Source: Schizochytrium sp. TIO01
Taxonomy: Eukaryota > Protista > Bigyra: Labyrinthulomycetes
Length of the DNA stretch: 64,000 nucleotides
Direction of reading: 5' to 3'
Assembly: GCA_004764695.1 (NCBI GenBank)
Contig: SMSO01000032.1
Coordinates: 5,116,483 to 5,180,482, forward strand
Under the pieces are notes generated by a model. The model worked only from the letters and a program-made list of their open reading frames with translations. It did no database searches and was not told the DNA's origin. This document shows positions 21,653 to 32,789 of this stretch, in pieces; within the stretch, counting starts at the first letter, position 1; each line of letters opens with the position of its first letter. The translations under genes were made by a program, and so were the position numbers.

Positions 21653-22717
21653 ATGAGTTCCTCTATCTTCCTCGCCGTCGCTGGTGCTGCCGCTGCAGGA
21701 GCCGCTGCTGGGGCCTACGCCACTTCTCTTTTCCTGCGCCATTCTCCTTCGCATCATTCATCAGTGCCCTCGTCGAAGCCGCAGCTTGTGCCCCCTCCTT
21801 CACCTCCTCCTCGCCCAGCAGCTGTAGTTCCTGCACCTTCCCCCCCTTCTCATTCCAACTCGTCTGTGCCGTCGTCATCCTCCTCCGCAACTTTCGGATT
21901 GCCGTCTTCTCCTTTCGTTGAGCGCGATTTGGGCGGGTTTGTTGTAGGTTATGACCAGCGTCTCCGCGTCGCGACTTGGGCTTACGAGCGCCTTTCAGCG
22001 TCCTCTATTTCCGGCGATGCTAAGCGTTCCAACAAGTTCGAGGAAGACTCTGGCTTGTCGCCAACTTTCCGAGCCCGTGTGTCAGATTATCGTGGTACTG
22101 GCCTCGACCGTGGTCATCTTGTTCCTGCCGCAGACCTTCGTGACTCCCAGGAGTCTATGGACGCCTCATTTTTGCTCTCAAACATCGTGCCTCAAGATGC
22201 CAAGCTCAACCGTGGCTATTGGAAGCGCCTCGAGGACTGGGTGCGCGGACTCACTATGCTCTTTGAAGAGGTTCACGTTATCACTGGTCCGCTCTTCCTG
22301 GCAGGACGTGCTGAAGATGGAACGTGGCAGACACGCTACAAGATGATTGGACATGGGCGCGAAGAGGCTGCGCGTTCTGGATGTGTTGTGCAGGACGAGA
22401 GCCTTGTGCAGGCGGCGAGTCTTCCGGTGCCAACTCATTTCTACAAGGTGGTGCTGGCCCGTAAGTCCTCGGTACTGTGGCCATTTATTGCGGCTTTTGT
22501 TGTGCCAAACGAACCTGTCGATGAGACGGCACCGCTGCATTCATTTGCGGCACCAGTCCCCTTGGTGGAAAGCCTGTCTGGGCACCTCTTTTTCCCGAAG
22601 CTGTTACATCACGAGGATAAGAAGCATGGACCGGTTCAGCCAAAGGATCTTTGCGAGGAGATATCTTGCGCGTTCGTGTCCAAGGCTCTTAGAACTGCTA
22701 CTGCGCAGGTAGAGTGA
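21653..22717 (+). CDS. ENDOG: Mitochondrial DNA/RNA non-specific nuclease (endonuclease G / Nuc1)
   Basis: DYRGTGLDRGHLVPAAD catalytic motif, FLLSNIVPQ, LNRGYWKRLE, VITGPLF, VPTHFYKV. Ala/Gly-rich hydrophobic N-terminus followed by a Pro-rich linker. Confidence 0.93.
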   Translation: MSSSIFLAVAGAAAAGAAAGAYATSLFLRHSPSHHSSVPSSKPQLVPPPSPPPRPAAVVPAPSPPSHSNSSVPSSSSSATFGLPSSPFVERDLGGFVVGYDQRLRVATWAYERLSASSISGDAKRSNKFEEDSGLSPTFRARVSDYRGTGLDRGHLVPAADLRDSQESMDASFLLSNIVPQDAKLNRGYWKRLEDWVRGLTMLFEEVHVITGPLFLAGRAEDGTWQTRYKMIGHGREEAARSGCVVQDESLVQAASLPVPTHFYKVVLARKSSVLWPFIAAFVVPNEPVDETAPLHSFAAPVPLVESLSGHLFFPKLLHHEDKKHGPVQPKDLCEEISCAFVSKALRTATAQVE

Positions 22718-23520
22718 GTACGCAAGTATGATTTTGGGGAGCAGTTCACCACCACGTATGTGCTCTTCATGGAGTTTGGCGGCTCACTCAAGGATTGATT
22801 GTCGTATGAGATTGTCATGATTTCGGTACAGGGCACCTTCTTACTGAAAAGTCTTTTTCCCTGCATCCCCTCTGCTGAGAGTGGTGTCTAACTTACTGAA
22901 GCCTTGATCAGAATTAGCTTTTGGTGATGAAACTTTGGTAGACATCTTTGACAAGTGATGAAATTCTCTAACTGCTAGTGATAGATGATGTCTTGATCAT
23001 TGTTATTTTTTTGTTCTTTTCACTCAATTTCATTTGCTATGGTGTTGAGACCCGATTCATCTTGATTGAAATCTTTAAATAAGCATGTGGTTAATAGGTG
23101 TGCATGTATATCGCGATCTCTTCTTCACTATTCGTCGAATTCCAGTTTTGTTAGAGCTTATCAAGAAAAGCAAGAAAACATTGCCTGGATTCAGCACAGC
23201 CAGCCCAAATATACACCGATTGAGAAGTGAAACATGCCGAGGAGGAAAATCTCCGAAGAATCACGATTATCGTTTGTGTCGATCAATATAAAAGGAAATC
23301 TGACTTAAATAGAGATGACATCTGTATCCACTTAGGGCTTACACATCTTGTTTCGAATAACCTCCTTGTGGTACTAGAAGTTCTACCTAGTGCTAATATT
23401 TGTTTCATGTTATGATTTATCTTTGGTACGAGTTTCTACGTTAATATCTTTGGATGGATCACGAGTGAACATATGAAACCTAGCTAATCAATCATTGTCG
23501 ACCTATACTTGCTAATTTGC

Positions 23521-24912
23521 TTAGTCCATGGCTTCCAAAGCATCAAGCTCGTTGGCCACAGCGGTAGGGGGCGCAGCGGGGGTTTCCTCCGCCTCGCCAT
23601 TAGCCTCACTATCAGCCTCTGAGAGGTTTGCAATAAAGTTCTGAAGCAAAGCCAAGGACTTGTCCATAATCTTGGTCTCCACCATGCGCACGTAAAGAGC
23701 CATGCGAGAGCGGTCTGAGTCGAGTTTGTTAGAGATAAAGAGAGCAAGGTCGGCCTTACGATCTCCACCATTATACATGGCAGCCTTACGAGCCTGCAAG
23801 GCTTGCTGAAGCTCCTCCAAAACATTTGCATTCCAAGAGCTTGTCGTCGGGACGCCGAGGCCACGCTGGATGTGAAGAGTCACGAGAAGGCTGACAGGGA
23901 GCGGGTCTGATGGTTTGAGGAGAAACGGGGCACGGTTAGGGTCGCAGCCAGGGAGGACATCTTCGATTTGCTTTTTAACCTCAGCATAACGCGGCGCATT
24001 CGGATCCATCGGTGCCCACAACTGTACACACTCATGATCCTCGTTTGCAGGAGGACGCATCACAAATCCATACAGCTGAAGCAGACGTGTGCTTGAGGTT
24101 GGTGTGTAGTTAATGAAAACCTGATCGCCTGCCTTGTAGTCACGGTTAGCCTTGAGCTGGACAGTGCGTGAAGAAATCACATAAGTGTGAGAAACAGGGC
24201 CCTTAAAGTCAGTGTTAAACATATCAGCAAAAGGAACCATTGCGCGAAACGTAGATTTATCCACCTTTTGAAAGTCCATGCCACGGCTCCACAAGATGCC
24301 AAGCGCCCATTTGTACTCTCTGTAGGTGAAACCTCCGTCCAGCGGGAAGTGCTCAGGGTACTTGAGGAGGACCTCTCCGACGATCTTGCCGAAGTCTCCT
24401 CGAACCTGGGTCTTCAACTGCATTGCGATCTGGTATGAATCTGTGCCTTGGATCAGGTCAAGCTCTTCTTCTGTCCAGAACATGCTTTGGTTCAGAGGAG
24501 CGGGACCGGCCTCAACCTCGGGAAGGAGGCCAAGGTACTCTACAAATGCAGATGAAAGATGAGTTTGGTTCTGCGGCTGGCGAGCCCACATGAGGAAGAC
24601 TGCGAGCAAATCAGTCTCATCAAGAACTTTGTCTGCGAATTTGAATGCCTTGCGGACTTTGCTGTGCTCAGAGCCTGGGATCAAAAGACCTTCGTCTGCA
24701 ATGAGATTCTGCTTGGTCACGAGACATCCAAGCGGTGCCTCCACGAGGACTGTGCCAGCCTTGATGTCCTTGACGGCACGAACTCCACGACCAGTATCCC
24801 CACCTACAAAATCGCACAGCTCAACAAGGTCGCTGCGTAGAGAGCCACCGGCCTCCACCACAAGCTTGCCCCAAGCCTCAGAGCTTGAAGCAGCAGAGCC
24901 ACTCGTCGCCAT
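23521..24912 (-). CDS. SET-domain protein lysine/histidine methyltransferase (SETD3 / Rubisco-LSMT-like)
   Basis: GRGVRAVKDI, WALGILWSR, MVPFADMFN, GDQVFINY and LLQLYGFV motifs. First ATG (MATSGS) at 24912, preceded by an acceptor-like CTCAG. Confidence 0.88.
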   Translation of the reverse strand: MATSGSAASSSEAWGKLVVEAGGSLRSDLVELCDFVGGDTGRGVRAVKDIKAGTVLVEAPLGCLVTKQNLIADEGLLIPGSEHSKVRKAFKFADKVLDETDLLAVFLMWARQPQNQTHLSSAFVEYLGLLPEVEAGPAPLNQSMFWTEEELDLIQGTDSYQIAMQLKTQVRGDFGKIVGEVLLKYPEHFPLDGGFTYREYKWALGILWSRGMDFQKVDKSTFRAMVPFADMFNTDFKGPVSHTYVISSRTVQLKANRDYKAGDQVFINYTPTSSTRLLQLYGFVMRPPANEDHECVQLWAPMDPNAPRYAEVKKQIEDVLPGCDPNRAPFLLKPSDPLPVSLLVTLHIQRGLGVPTTSSWNANVLEELQQALQARKAAMYNGGDRKADLALFISNKLDSDRSRMALYVRMVETKIMDKSLALLQNFIANLSEADSEANGEAEETPAAPPTAVANELDALEAMD

Positions 24913-26449
24913 CTTTACCTGAGAGACTGAGAAGACTTCACAACAAACTAGACACCAATACAAAGTGCGTGACCTTACGAAGCAACTCTTCGTTCCGCAC
25001 TCCTACCACCTTCGATGAAGTCTCACGCCTGCGCAGAGCTTTAGCCAGCCAGCACAGGAATCAGGAATGTCACGACTATATTCGTTCTCTCATTCATTCA
25101 TTCAGTTTCAGCTATGTAGGCTAAGACACCCTATTCACGAAATGGGTTGCGCAAGCTATGGCACTTCCTTACGCTCCCTCGTGTATCATAATCAATTATC
25201 ATCTTCACGGAACTCGGACTTCTTCTCCAAACTCTTTGCTAATCTTATTCAAATTGAGTTGTTCACACCAAGTTCTTATTCTAGTTCGTGGCAGAGGTAC
25301 CTGCCGTTCAAAGCAATGGAATGGACTTAGAGACCACTCGCAGAGCGACCATGGTACCTAATGTTTAGACTACTATTTAGGCTCTATCAGAGAATTGTAA
25401 TAGCTAGGTCTAGCTTACTAGTGTTTGATCTAGTATATCACATGGTGTGACTACGGTGGCCTTGAGTTTGTTCCGAGCGCAAAGGCTGATGGGCATGGGC
25501 CCTGGCTGATGAGATTGTCCCATGCGGTTGGAGCCATGCGCTCTGCGTTATTGGCTAGAGATATCGAGGCCACCATTCTCGCAAGCCAAAGCAAAAACAT
25601 ACAAAAATTCTTCTCACTTAGGAAAGAAAGCATCAAGTGACATGAGCTCTCAGGCTGCAACTGAGAACAGTTGGAGTGCACTCCATAGCGAACAACTTGA
25701 GCCTATTTAAGCTCACTTCCTGAGCAGAGTGCTGGGCATGGCCAAGCTCGCAATTCTTTAGGTGCTGTCACTCAGGCTCTCGATTCGGAGTTCATAGAGT
25801 TCCCAAAATCTGTGACGGGAACGTTTAGCTGCCTGCCTGCGCGCTGAGGCATGTCCTCGAGCGAATGGGGTCTCCCAAGTGCCAGACCTCGTATGTACCT
25901 TCTACGCAGGTATGTAAGTCAATGTCTCCGCCCACTCTAGAGAACTAGAGACAGTCAGAGGCTGCTCCTGTCAATCCCTTGCTCGGCCGGTCGAAACCCA
26001 AGTCAAAGCATATTGCTCATGGGCCTTTCGCGAGCTTCAGCCTACCTTGAACAGAGCTTGCTTGAACTTGCCATCACTGATAACCGCGGGCTTTCAGCTC
26101 AGTGGAATGTGAGGAAGCTAAATCACAGTGTCGTAAGAGGAATAGAAAGCTTTTCTTAGACAGAAAACGAAACTCAAAAACCTTGAAATGAAATTCAACT
26201 TTTTAACTTTTCCCTCTAAACCCAACTGAGACTTTTAGTGGCTGTGTTACGTAGGGGCAGAAGTAATTTTACAAGTACTAAAAATAAAATTACCCATTTT
26301 TAATTAAAAATTCATGAGGTTCACATACCATGTGTCCTCTCCACAGAATCCATACAAATTTTTTCCGGGTTCGGCGTGGCGAATAAATTACATAGCAACT
26401 TTCTGTATGCCGTGCATCGCCTGTTCTTTTTCTGTTCTTTTCTCCCTTC

Positions 26450-26700
26450 CCTGATGGGGACCTGTGCAACTAACCGCGACGCCTTCGTGTACCTCTTGTG
26501 CACTCAAGAAGTCCTTCTCTGCGACCCTTCGGAACCTAGAGACCACTTGGGACACCATTAAAATGGGACGCCATCAAAGTGGAGTGGGACCAGCGCAAAG
26601 TACCACAGAAGCCGCGCTACAAGTGCAAGAACAGTCCAATGCATCACCGATCAGAAGAAACTGTTCCTAAAAAACTTTTAACAGGCACCGCTAAAGAGTG
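26450..26700 (+). mobile_element. Probable degenerate pogo/Tigger-type (DDE_1, Tc1-mariner superfamily) transposase C-terminal fragment
   Basis: With frameshifts it reads VQ..DAFVY..ALKKSFSATLRNLETTWDAIKVEWD... and, using the duplicate at 29690-29770, DW-ARITDQT-RNSSWKTF. This resembles the LQPLDxxVFxxLKxxY and W..I...I.N.W motifs. No convincing TIRs. Confidence 0.35.
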
Positions 26701-27521
26701 GGTAGGTCCTATACTTTTAAGAAGATTAAAAATTATAAAGAAAGAAGAAAAGAGAGAAGAAAGAAGAGAAAGTCGATATGGTACACTTGATCGCTCAGAT
26801 ATTGACAAATGCTCTTCCTCTATGAGTTAGTACTTTTACTCAGGCTCAAATCATCATAGCGTACCACTCTAGGTCCAGGCCAGGTTCGCTCCCTAAATGA
26901 TGCATTGGTTGTTCTGGTTTGAGCTCCACTCGTCTAAAAGGTCTCTAGGACATGGCCCTGACTGAGGATCATATCGATCAGTCCAATTGGGGTTCTGCGC
27001 AGAGATAAGTGGACACTAGTTAGTTTTGCTTTCTCGCGAACTATGAGCATTGCTTCCTGAGGCTTTTGCGCGACTAGTGGGCCTATCACGCATTGGTGAT
27101 ACTAATGGCACTCGCAAACCTCCTAAAGCAACCATAGTGTCAGACAACAAAGCTAATGAGGCGAAAAAAGCTTTTTACCTGTTTGTTTATGTATTTATAA
27201 TATAGCAATGATAAAACATGAACGAAAAATAGTGAGGAAGAGCGCATCCCAACCTAGCAATACTGCTTCCCCCTTGTGGATTCGGGGTCCGCAAGACCTT
27301 ACTCGCTGCGCAAAAATTCTTGCTTACCCCCCAAAAGACCGCCTTCTCGCCGAGTGTATATAAATTCTTCGGATAGGGGCGTGCGGGACCATCCCTCACC
27401 CACACGTTTTCATTCCTAATCTTCTGCACCTGCACATCAAGTGCAACACATCAACCTCATCTGCAGTGCCCAAATTCGAGAGGGCACTCTCGAGGCACTT
27501 TTGCGAGGCCTGAGGTGTCCA

Positions 27522-29228
27522 ATGATGAATCAAAAAATCTTGCACAGAAGTAACTCTCCAGGGAGTGAGAGTTTGAGAAGTGCGAGAAGATTGTCGCCTG
27601 TTTCAAGCCTATTCTTTGTAGTGTTCCTTTGCTGCATCGTCACAGGAGGCATTGTACTGTTAAAAGGCGAATTGCAGATATTAAGAGCCCTAGAAAGACA
27701 TACGCGCACTGGGGATTTCTTGTTGGAAAAAACCATCGAAGCAACTTTCACTGTCACCACTTTCCATCGACATAACCTAAAAGAACCAAGAATCGATCAT
27801 GACAGCAGCGAGTCACTTCAATTAAAAGGTCCAGACAAGTTAGCACTTGACAATATCAATGATAAATCTAGTGCAAAAGAAATTGTTGATTGCACATATA
27901 AGATCAAACCTGAGTTTTTAGATGAGAACGGTTTCGTTCGTACATGGTGGCATGAAAACCTGCAAACCATCTTGCTAGAAATGGCATGGCTTAATGAAAC
28001 AACTCTATATGTCCTTGGGTACAACCCAGCCACGATTCTTTTCAATAAGAAGTCAAACCAGACAGTACTCATTCGTAATGGAGAAAACACCACTGATATG
28101 GGTCTAGAAAGGTTCGAGACATTAGATCCTCTAAACGATCGCATCTTGGATTTCTTTGAACCGCGTTCAAGTAAGTGCGAGCCAATGCGTTGCACCTTGA
28201 TTCCAACAAAGACTTTGCAGCCTGGTCAAGCGGAACTGTATCCATTCCTCTGCGAAGTTAAGGAAGGCAGCGCACCTCGCACCCCACCTCTCACTGATGT
28301 TTGGCAGTTTTCCAATCGCAGGGCAGATCCTCGTGAACGAGAAGGCGATCTGAAGACAAGTATCTCTATCGGTGTAACGTCGTACAACCCTCATGCTCAT
28401 GAAATGATCGATCACGCTGCTCGCATTCAAGTATCCCATGTATACTTTAGCGTATGTGATTCGGCAAATAGTACATTAGTGCAGCAGTATTTGCACGATT
28501 TGGAGGATTACGTAAAGGTAGGCTATGTCTCTCTCATGCCGCTACACACAACATGTGACTTTGAACTAGGTTCAAAAACTCGAAAGCATCATAAAAATGA
28601 TGCAACTTGCAAGACTGTCCTGAGCCAGCTAGCGCTTTATAATGCCAAGTTATACAAAGACGACTTTCTCTACATCGGAGATCTTGATGAACCTCTCGTT
28701 CCCATGACAGAGGACATCAGACTCCCTGTTGTTATGCAAGAGATCCTTGATTCGTCACCGATAGAGAAGGAGAACACCTGCTATATATCGATCATGGCTG
28801 ACCAAGCAACTCGAGGTGACGTGTATTACAATATTGGTGAAAAGAAAATCACAGAAAGATTCCCCAACCGCTGTGATTGTTTACCGAAAGATCGGTTAAA
28901 AGGGAGCACTGCCCAAGGAACATGTGGGAATCTCGTTTACAACAAATCTATCTTGAATGTACAAATCACTTTCTTCGCCGCAATCCACACACATTCGGCC
29001 TGCACAGCTTACAATAATAAGATCTTTTTCGATAGGCCACGTGATTCCCCACCTGCACGAATTTGGGCGCCCGTAGACAAACTTCGCGTGCTACATTTTT
29101 CAAACATGTGGTCCAGGCGAGTCAGTTCGAAGTGCAATAGACAAGAGGCTTCAGTGGTTCCAAACGAATTTGCTAGCAAACACTTCATGTCTCAAGCTGG
29201 ATATCCTGGAATTGTTTCAGCATTGTAA
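27522..29228 (+). CDS. Type II membrane GT-A glycosyltransferase, GT92/DUF23-like, copy 1 (568 aa)
   Basis: Single N-terminal TM (LFFVVFLCCIVTGGIVLL), stem region, HEMIDHAARIQVSHVYF (cf. EWIEYH..LGV.HFY), GYVSLMP, DxD motif YIGDLDE, NKSIL and late HF. Confidence 0.7.
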   Translation: MMNQKILHRSNSPGSESLRSARRLSPVSSLFFVVFLCCIVTGGIVLLKGELQILRALERHTRTGDFLLEKTIEATFTVTTFHRHNLKEPRIDHDSSESLQLKGPDKLALDNINDKSSAKEIVDCTYKIKPEFLDENGFVRTWWHENLQTILLEMAWLNETTLYVLGYNPATILFNKKSNQTVLIRNGENTTDMGLERFETLDPLNDRILDFFEPRSSKCEPMRCTLIPTKTLQPGQAELYPFLCEVKEGSAPRTPPLTDVWQFSNRRADPREREGDLKTSISIGVTSYNPHAHEMIDHAARIQVSHVYFSVCDSANSTLVQQYLHDLEDYVKVGYVSLMPLHTTCDFELGSKTRKHHKNDATCKTVLSQLALYNAKLYKDDFLYIGDLDEPLVPMTEDIRLPVVMQEILDSSPIEKENTCYISIMADQATRGDVYYNIGEKKITERFPNRCDCLPKDRLKGSTAQGTCGNLVYNKSILNVQITFFAAIHTHSACTAYNNKIFFDRPRDSPPARIWAPVDKLRVLHFSNMWSRRVSSKCNRQEASVVPNEFASKHFMSQAGYPGIVSAL

Positions 29229-29627
29229 AGACGGGCCTATTCTTTAAATAAAAGAAAACATCGCAATTTGAGGCTTGTTTTCTAGCTTCTGACTATATCT
29301 GACTTCTGTAAGCATGGATTGGCATATTCTCTATTGCCCCTTTTCCAATTCCTACTACTTGAAATGAATACGCATTACAATATTTGGAATCAAAGAAACA
29401 TCTCTCCTCTTCTTTAGTTCTTGTTTTCTTGCTTTCCAAAAACCGAATTGTCGGTTGTGTTTTAGCAGTATCCAAATCAAAGGAGACGATTACGATACAT
29501 GTTTCAAGATTTTATAAAAGGAATGACTTTCGCAATCATAGATAATTTAGATAATTTAGAAGCAGATCACGGCCCAAAGGAGATAGCTGAAGACGGGACA
29601 GTTTTTCATGGTGTAGAATATTTTCTT

Positions 29628-29689
29628 TCAGGCTTTAGAGAAGAAATACCCAGCACAGGGCTTGATATGCTTTGGGGTATCACTAGTGT
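29628..29689 (-). pseudogene. Duplicated 3'-terminal 62 bp (last ~20 codons and stop) of the metallo-beta-lactamase gene
   Basis: Matches 32790-32851 with two substitutions; cut off at the duplication junction. Confidence 0.85.
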
Positions 29690-30680
29690 ACAAGAACAGT
29701 GCAATGGATTGGCGCGCATCACCGATCAGACAGAAACAGCTCCTGGAAAACTTTTAACAGGCACTGCTAAAGAGTGGGTAGGTCCTATGCTTTTAAGAAG
29801 ATTAAAAAAATATATATAAAAGAAAAAAGAAAAAAGAAAAGAGAGAAGAAAGAAGAAGAAGAGACCATAAAAACAACAACAACATATGCTGGAAAGTGGA
29901 TTTATGATTATGACAAGTGGTGGTACACTTAATCGGTCAGATATTGACAAATGCTCTTCCTCTATGAGTTAGTACTTTTACTTAGGCTCGAATCATCAGT
30001 GCGTACCACTCACGATGAACCGCCACTAGGTCAGGTTCGCTCCCTAAATGACGCATTGGTTGTTCTGGCTTGACTAAAAGGTCTTTAGGACATGGTCCTG
30101 ACTGAGGATAATATTGATTAGTCCAATTGGGTCTGCGCGGAGATAAGTGGACACTAGCTAGCTTTGCTTTCTCGCGGACTACGAGCATTGCTTTCCTGAG
30201 GCTTTTATACGACTAGTGTGGTATGATGCCTACAAAGCATTGGTGCTACTAATGGCACGCGCAAACCTCCTAAAGCAAAGTGTCAGACAACAAAGCTAAT
30301 GAGGCGAAAAAAGCTTTTTACCTGTTTGTTTATGTATTTATAATATAGCAATGATAAAACATGAACGAAAAATAGTGAGGAAGAGCGTACCCCAACCTAG
30401 CAATACTACTTCCCCCTTGTGGATTCGGGGTCCGCAAGACCTTACTCGCTGCGCAAAAATTCTTGCTTGGCATTGGCAAACCCCCAAAAGACCACCTTCT
30501 CGCCGAGTGTATACAACTTATTCGGATAGGCACGTGCGGGACCATCCCTCACCCGCACGTTTTCATTCCTAATCTTCTGCACCTGCACTTGCACATCAAG
30601 TGCAACACATCAACCTCATCTGCAGTGCCCAAATTCGAGAGGGCACTCTCGAGGCACTTTTGCGAGGCCTGAGGTGTCCA

Positions 30681-32390
30681 ATGATGAATCAAAAAATCTT
30701 GCACAGAAGTAACTCTCCAGGGAGTGAGAGTTTGAGAAGTGCGAGAAGATTGTCGCCTGTTTCAAGCCTATTCTTTGTAGTGTTCCTTTGCTGCATCGTC
30801 ACAGGAGGCATTGTACTGTTAAAAGGCGAATTGCAGATATTAAGAGCCCTAGAAAGACATACGCGCACTGGGGATTTCTTGTTGGAAAAAACCATCGAAG
30901 CAACTTTCACTGTCACCACTTTCCATCGACATAACCTAAAAGAACCAAGAATCGATCATGACAGCAGCGAGTCACTTCAATTAAAAGGTCCAGACAAGTT
31001 AGCACTTGACAATATCAATGATAAATCTAGTGCAAAAGAAATTGTTGATTGCACATATAAGATCAAACCTGAGTTTTTAGATGAGAACGGTTTCGTTCGT
31101 ACATGGTGGCATGAAAACCTGCAAACCATCTTGCTAGAAATGGCATGGCTTAATGAAACAACTCTATATGTCCTTGGGTACAACCCAGCCACGATTCTTT
31201 TCAATAAGAAGTCAAACCAGACAGTACTCATTCGTAATGGAGAAAACACCACTGATATGGGTCTAGAAAGGTTCGAGACATTAGATCCTCTAAACGATCG
31301 CATCTTGGATTTCTTTGAACCGCGTTCAAGTAAGTGCGAGCCAATGCGTTGCACCTTGATTCCAACAAAGACTTTGCAGCCTGGTCAAGCGGAACTGTAT
31401 CCATTCCTCTGCGAAGTTAAGGAAGGCAGCGCACCTCGCACCCCACCTCTCACTGATGTTTGGCAGTTTTCCAATCGCAGGGCAGATCCTCGTGAACGAG
31501 AAGGCGATCTGAAGACAAGTATCTTTGTCGTTGTAATGTCATACAACCCTCATGCTCATGAAATGATCGATCACGCTGCTCGCATTCAAGTATCCCATGT
31601 ATACTTTGGCGTATGTGATTCGGCAAATAGTACATTAGTGCAGCAGTATTTGCACGATTTGGAGGATTACGTAAAGGTAGGCTATGTCTCTCTCATGCCC
31701 CTACACACACCATGTGACTTTGAACTAGGTTCAAAAGCTCGAGGTCGCACTTATAAAAATGATGCAACTTGCAAGGGTGTCCAGAGCCAGCTAGCGCTTT
31801 ATAATGCCAAGTTATACAAAGACGACTTTCTCTACATCGGAGATCTTGATGAACCTCTCGTTCCCATGACAGAGGACATCAGACTCCCTGTTGTTATGCA
31901 AGAGATCCTTGATTCGTCACCGATAGAGAAGGAGAACACTTGCTATATATCAATCATGGCTGACCAAGCAACTCGAGGTGACGTGTATTACAATATTGGT
32001 GAAAAGAAAATCACAGAAAGATTCCCCAACCGCTGTGATTGTTTACCGAAAGATCGGTCAAAAGGGGGCACTGTCCAAGGATCATGTGGGAATCTCGTTT
32101 ACAACAAATCTATCTTGAATGTACAAATCACTTTCTTCGCCGCAATCCACACACATTCGGCCTGCACAGCTTACAATAATAAGATCTTTTTCGATAGGCC
32201 ACGTGATTCCCCACCTGCACGAATTTGGGCGCCCGTAGACAAACTTCGCGTGCTACATTTTTCAAACATGTGGTCCAGGCGAGTCAGTTCGAAGTGCAAT
32301 AGACAAGAGGCTTCAGTGGTTCCAAACGAATTTGCTAGCAAACACTTCATGTCTCAAGCTGGATATCCTGGAATTGTTTCAGCATTGTAA
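30681..32390 (+). CDS. Type II membrane GT-A glycosyltransferase, GT92/DUF23-like, copy 2 (569 aa)
   Basis: Paralog of 27522-29228 with the same TM and DxD motif; about 16 aa differences plus a 1-codon indel, all in the catalytic half. Confidence 0.7.
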   Translation: MMNQKILHRSNSPGSESLRSARRLSPVSSLFFVVFLCCIVTGGIVLLKGELQILRALERHTRTGDFLLEKTIEATFTVTTFHRHNLKEPRIDHDSSESLQLKGPDKLALDNINDKSSAKEIVDCTYKIKPEFLDENGFVRTWWHENLQTILLEMAWLNETTLYVLGYNPATILFNKKSNQTVLIRNGENTTDMGLERFETLDPLNDRILDFFEPRSSKCEPMRCTLIPTKTLQPGQAELYPFLCEVKEGSAPRTPPLTDVWQFSNRRADPREREGDLKTSIFVVVMSYNPHAHEMIDHAARIQVSHVYFGVCDSANSTLVQQYLHDLEDYVKVGYVSLMPLHTPCDFELGSKARGRTYKNDATCKGVQSQLALYNAKLYKDDFLYIGDLDEPLVPMTEDIRLPVVMQEILDSSPIEKENTCYISIMADQATRGDVYYNIGEKKITERFPNRCDCLPKDRSKGGTVQGSCGNLVYNKSILNVQITFFAAIHTHSACTAYNNKIFFDRPRDSPPARIWAPVDKLRVLHFSNMWSRRVSSKCNRQEASVVPNEFASKHFMSQAGYPGIVSAL

Positions 32391-32789
32391 AGACGGGCCT
32401 ATTCTTTAAATAAAAGAAAACATCGCAATTTGAGGCTTGTTTTCTAGCTTCTGACTATATCTGACTTCTGTAAGCATGGATTGGCATATTCTCTATTGCC
32501 CCTTTTCCAATTCCTACTACTTGAAATGAATACGCATTACAATATTTGGAATCAAAGAAACATCTCTCCTCTTCTTTAGTTCTTGTTTTCTTGCTTTCCA
32601 AAAACCGAATTGTCGGTTGTGTTTTAGCAGTATCCAAATCAAAGGAGACGATTACGATACATGTTTCAAGATTTTATAAAAGGAATGACTTTCGCAATCA
32701 TAGATAATTTAGATAATTTAGAAGCAGATCACGGCCCAAAGGAGATAGCTGAAGACGGGACAGTTTTTCATGGTGTAGAATATTTTCTT

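Noticed and set aside
22923-22965. Two GTGATGAAA C-box-like motifs downstream of ENDOG
   Set aside because: No downstream CTGA D box or terminal stem.
26272-26836. AAGTACTAA / TTAGTACTT inverted pair as transposon TIRs
   Set aside because: Only 9 bp with a palindromic core; the flanks do not extend the match.
29499-29819. ORFs 29499-29819 and 32661-33056 (MFQDFIKG...)
   Set aside because: They lie in the duplicated 3' spacer and run antisense into the MBL 3' end or across the junction; chimeric by-products.
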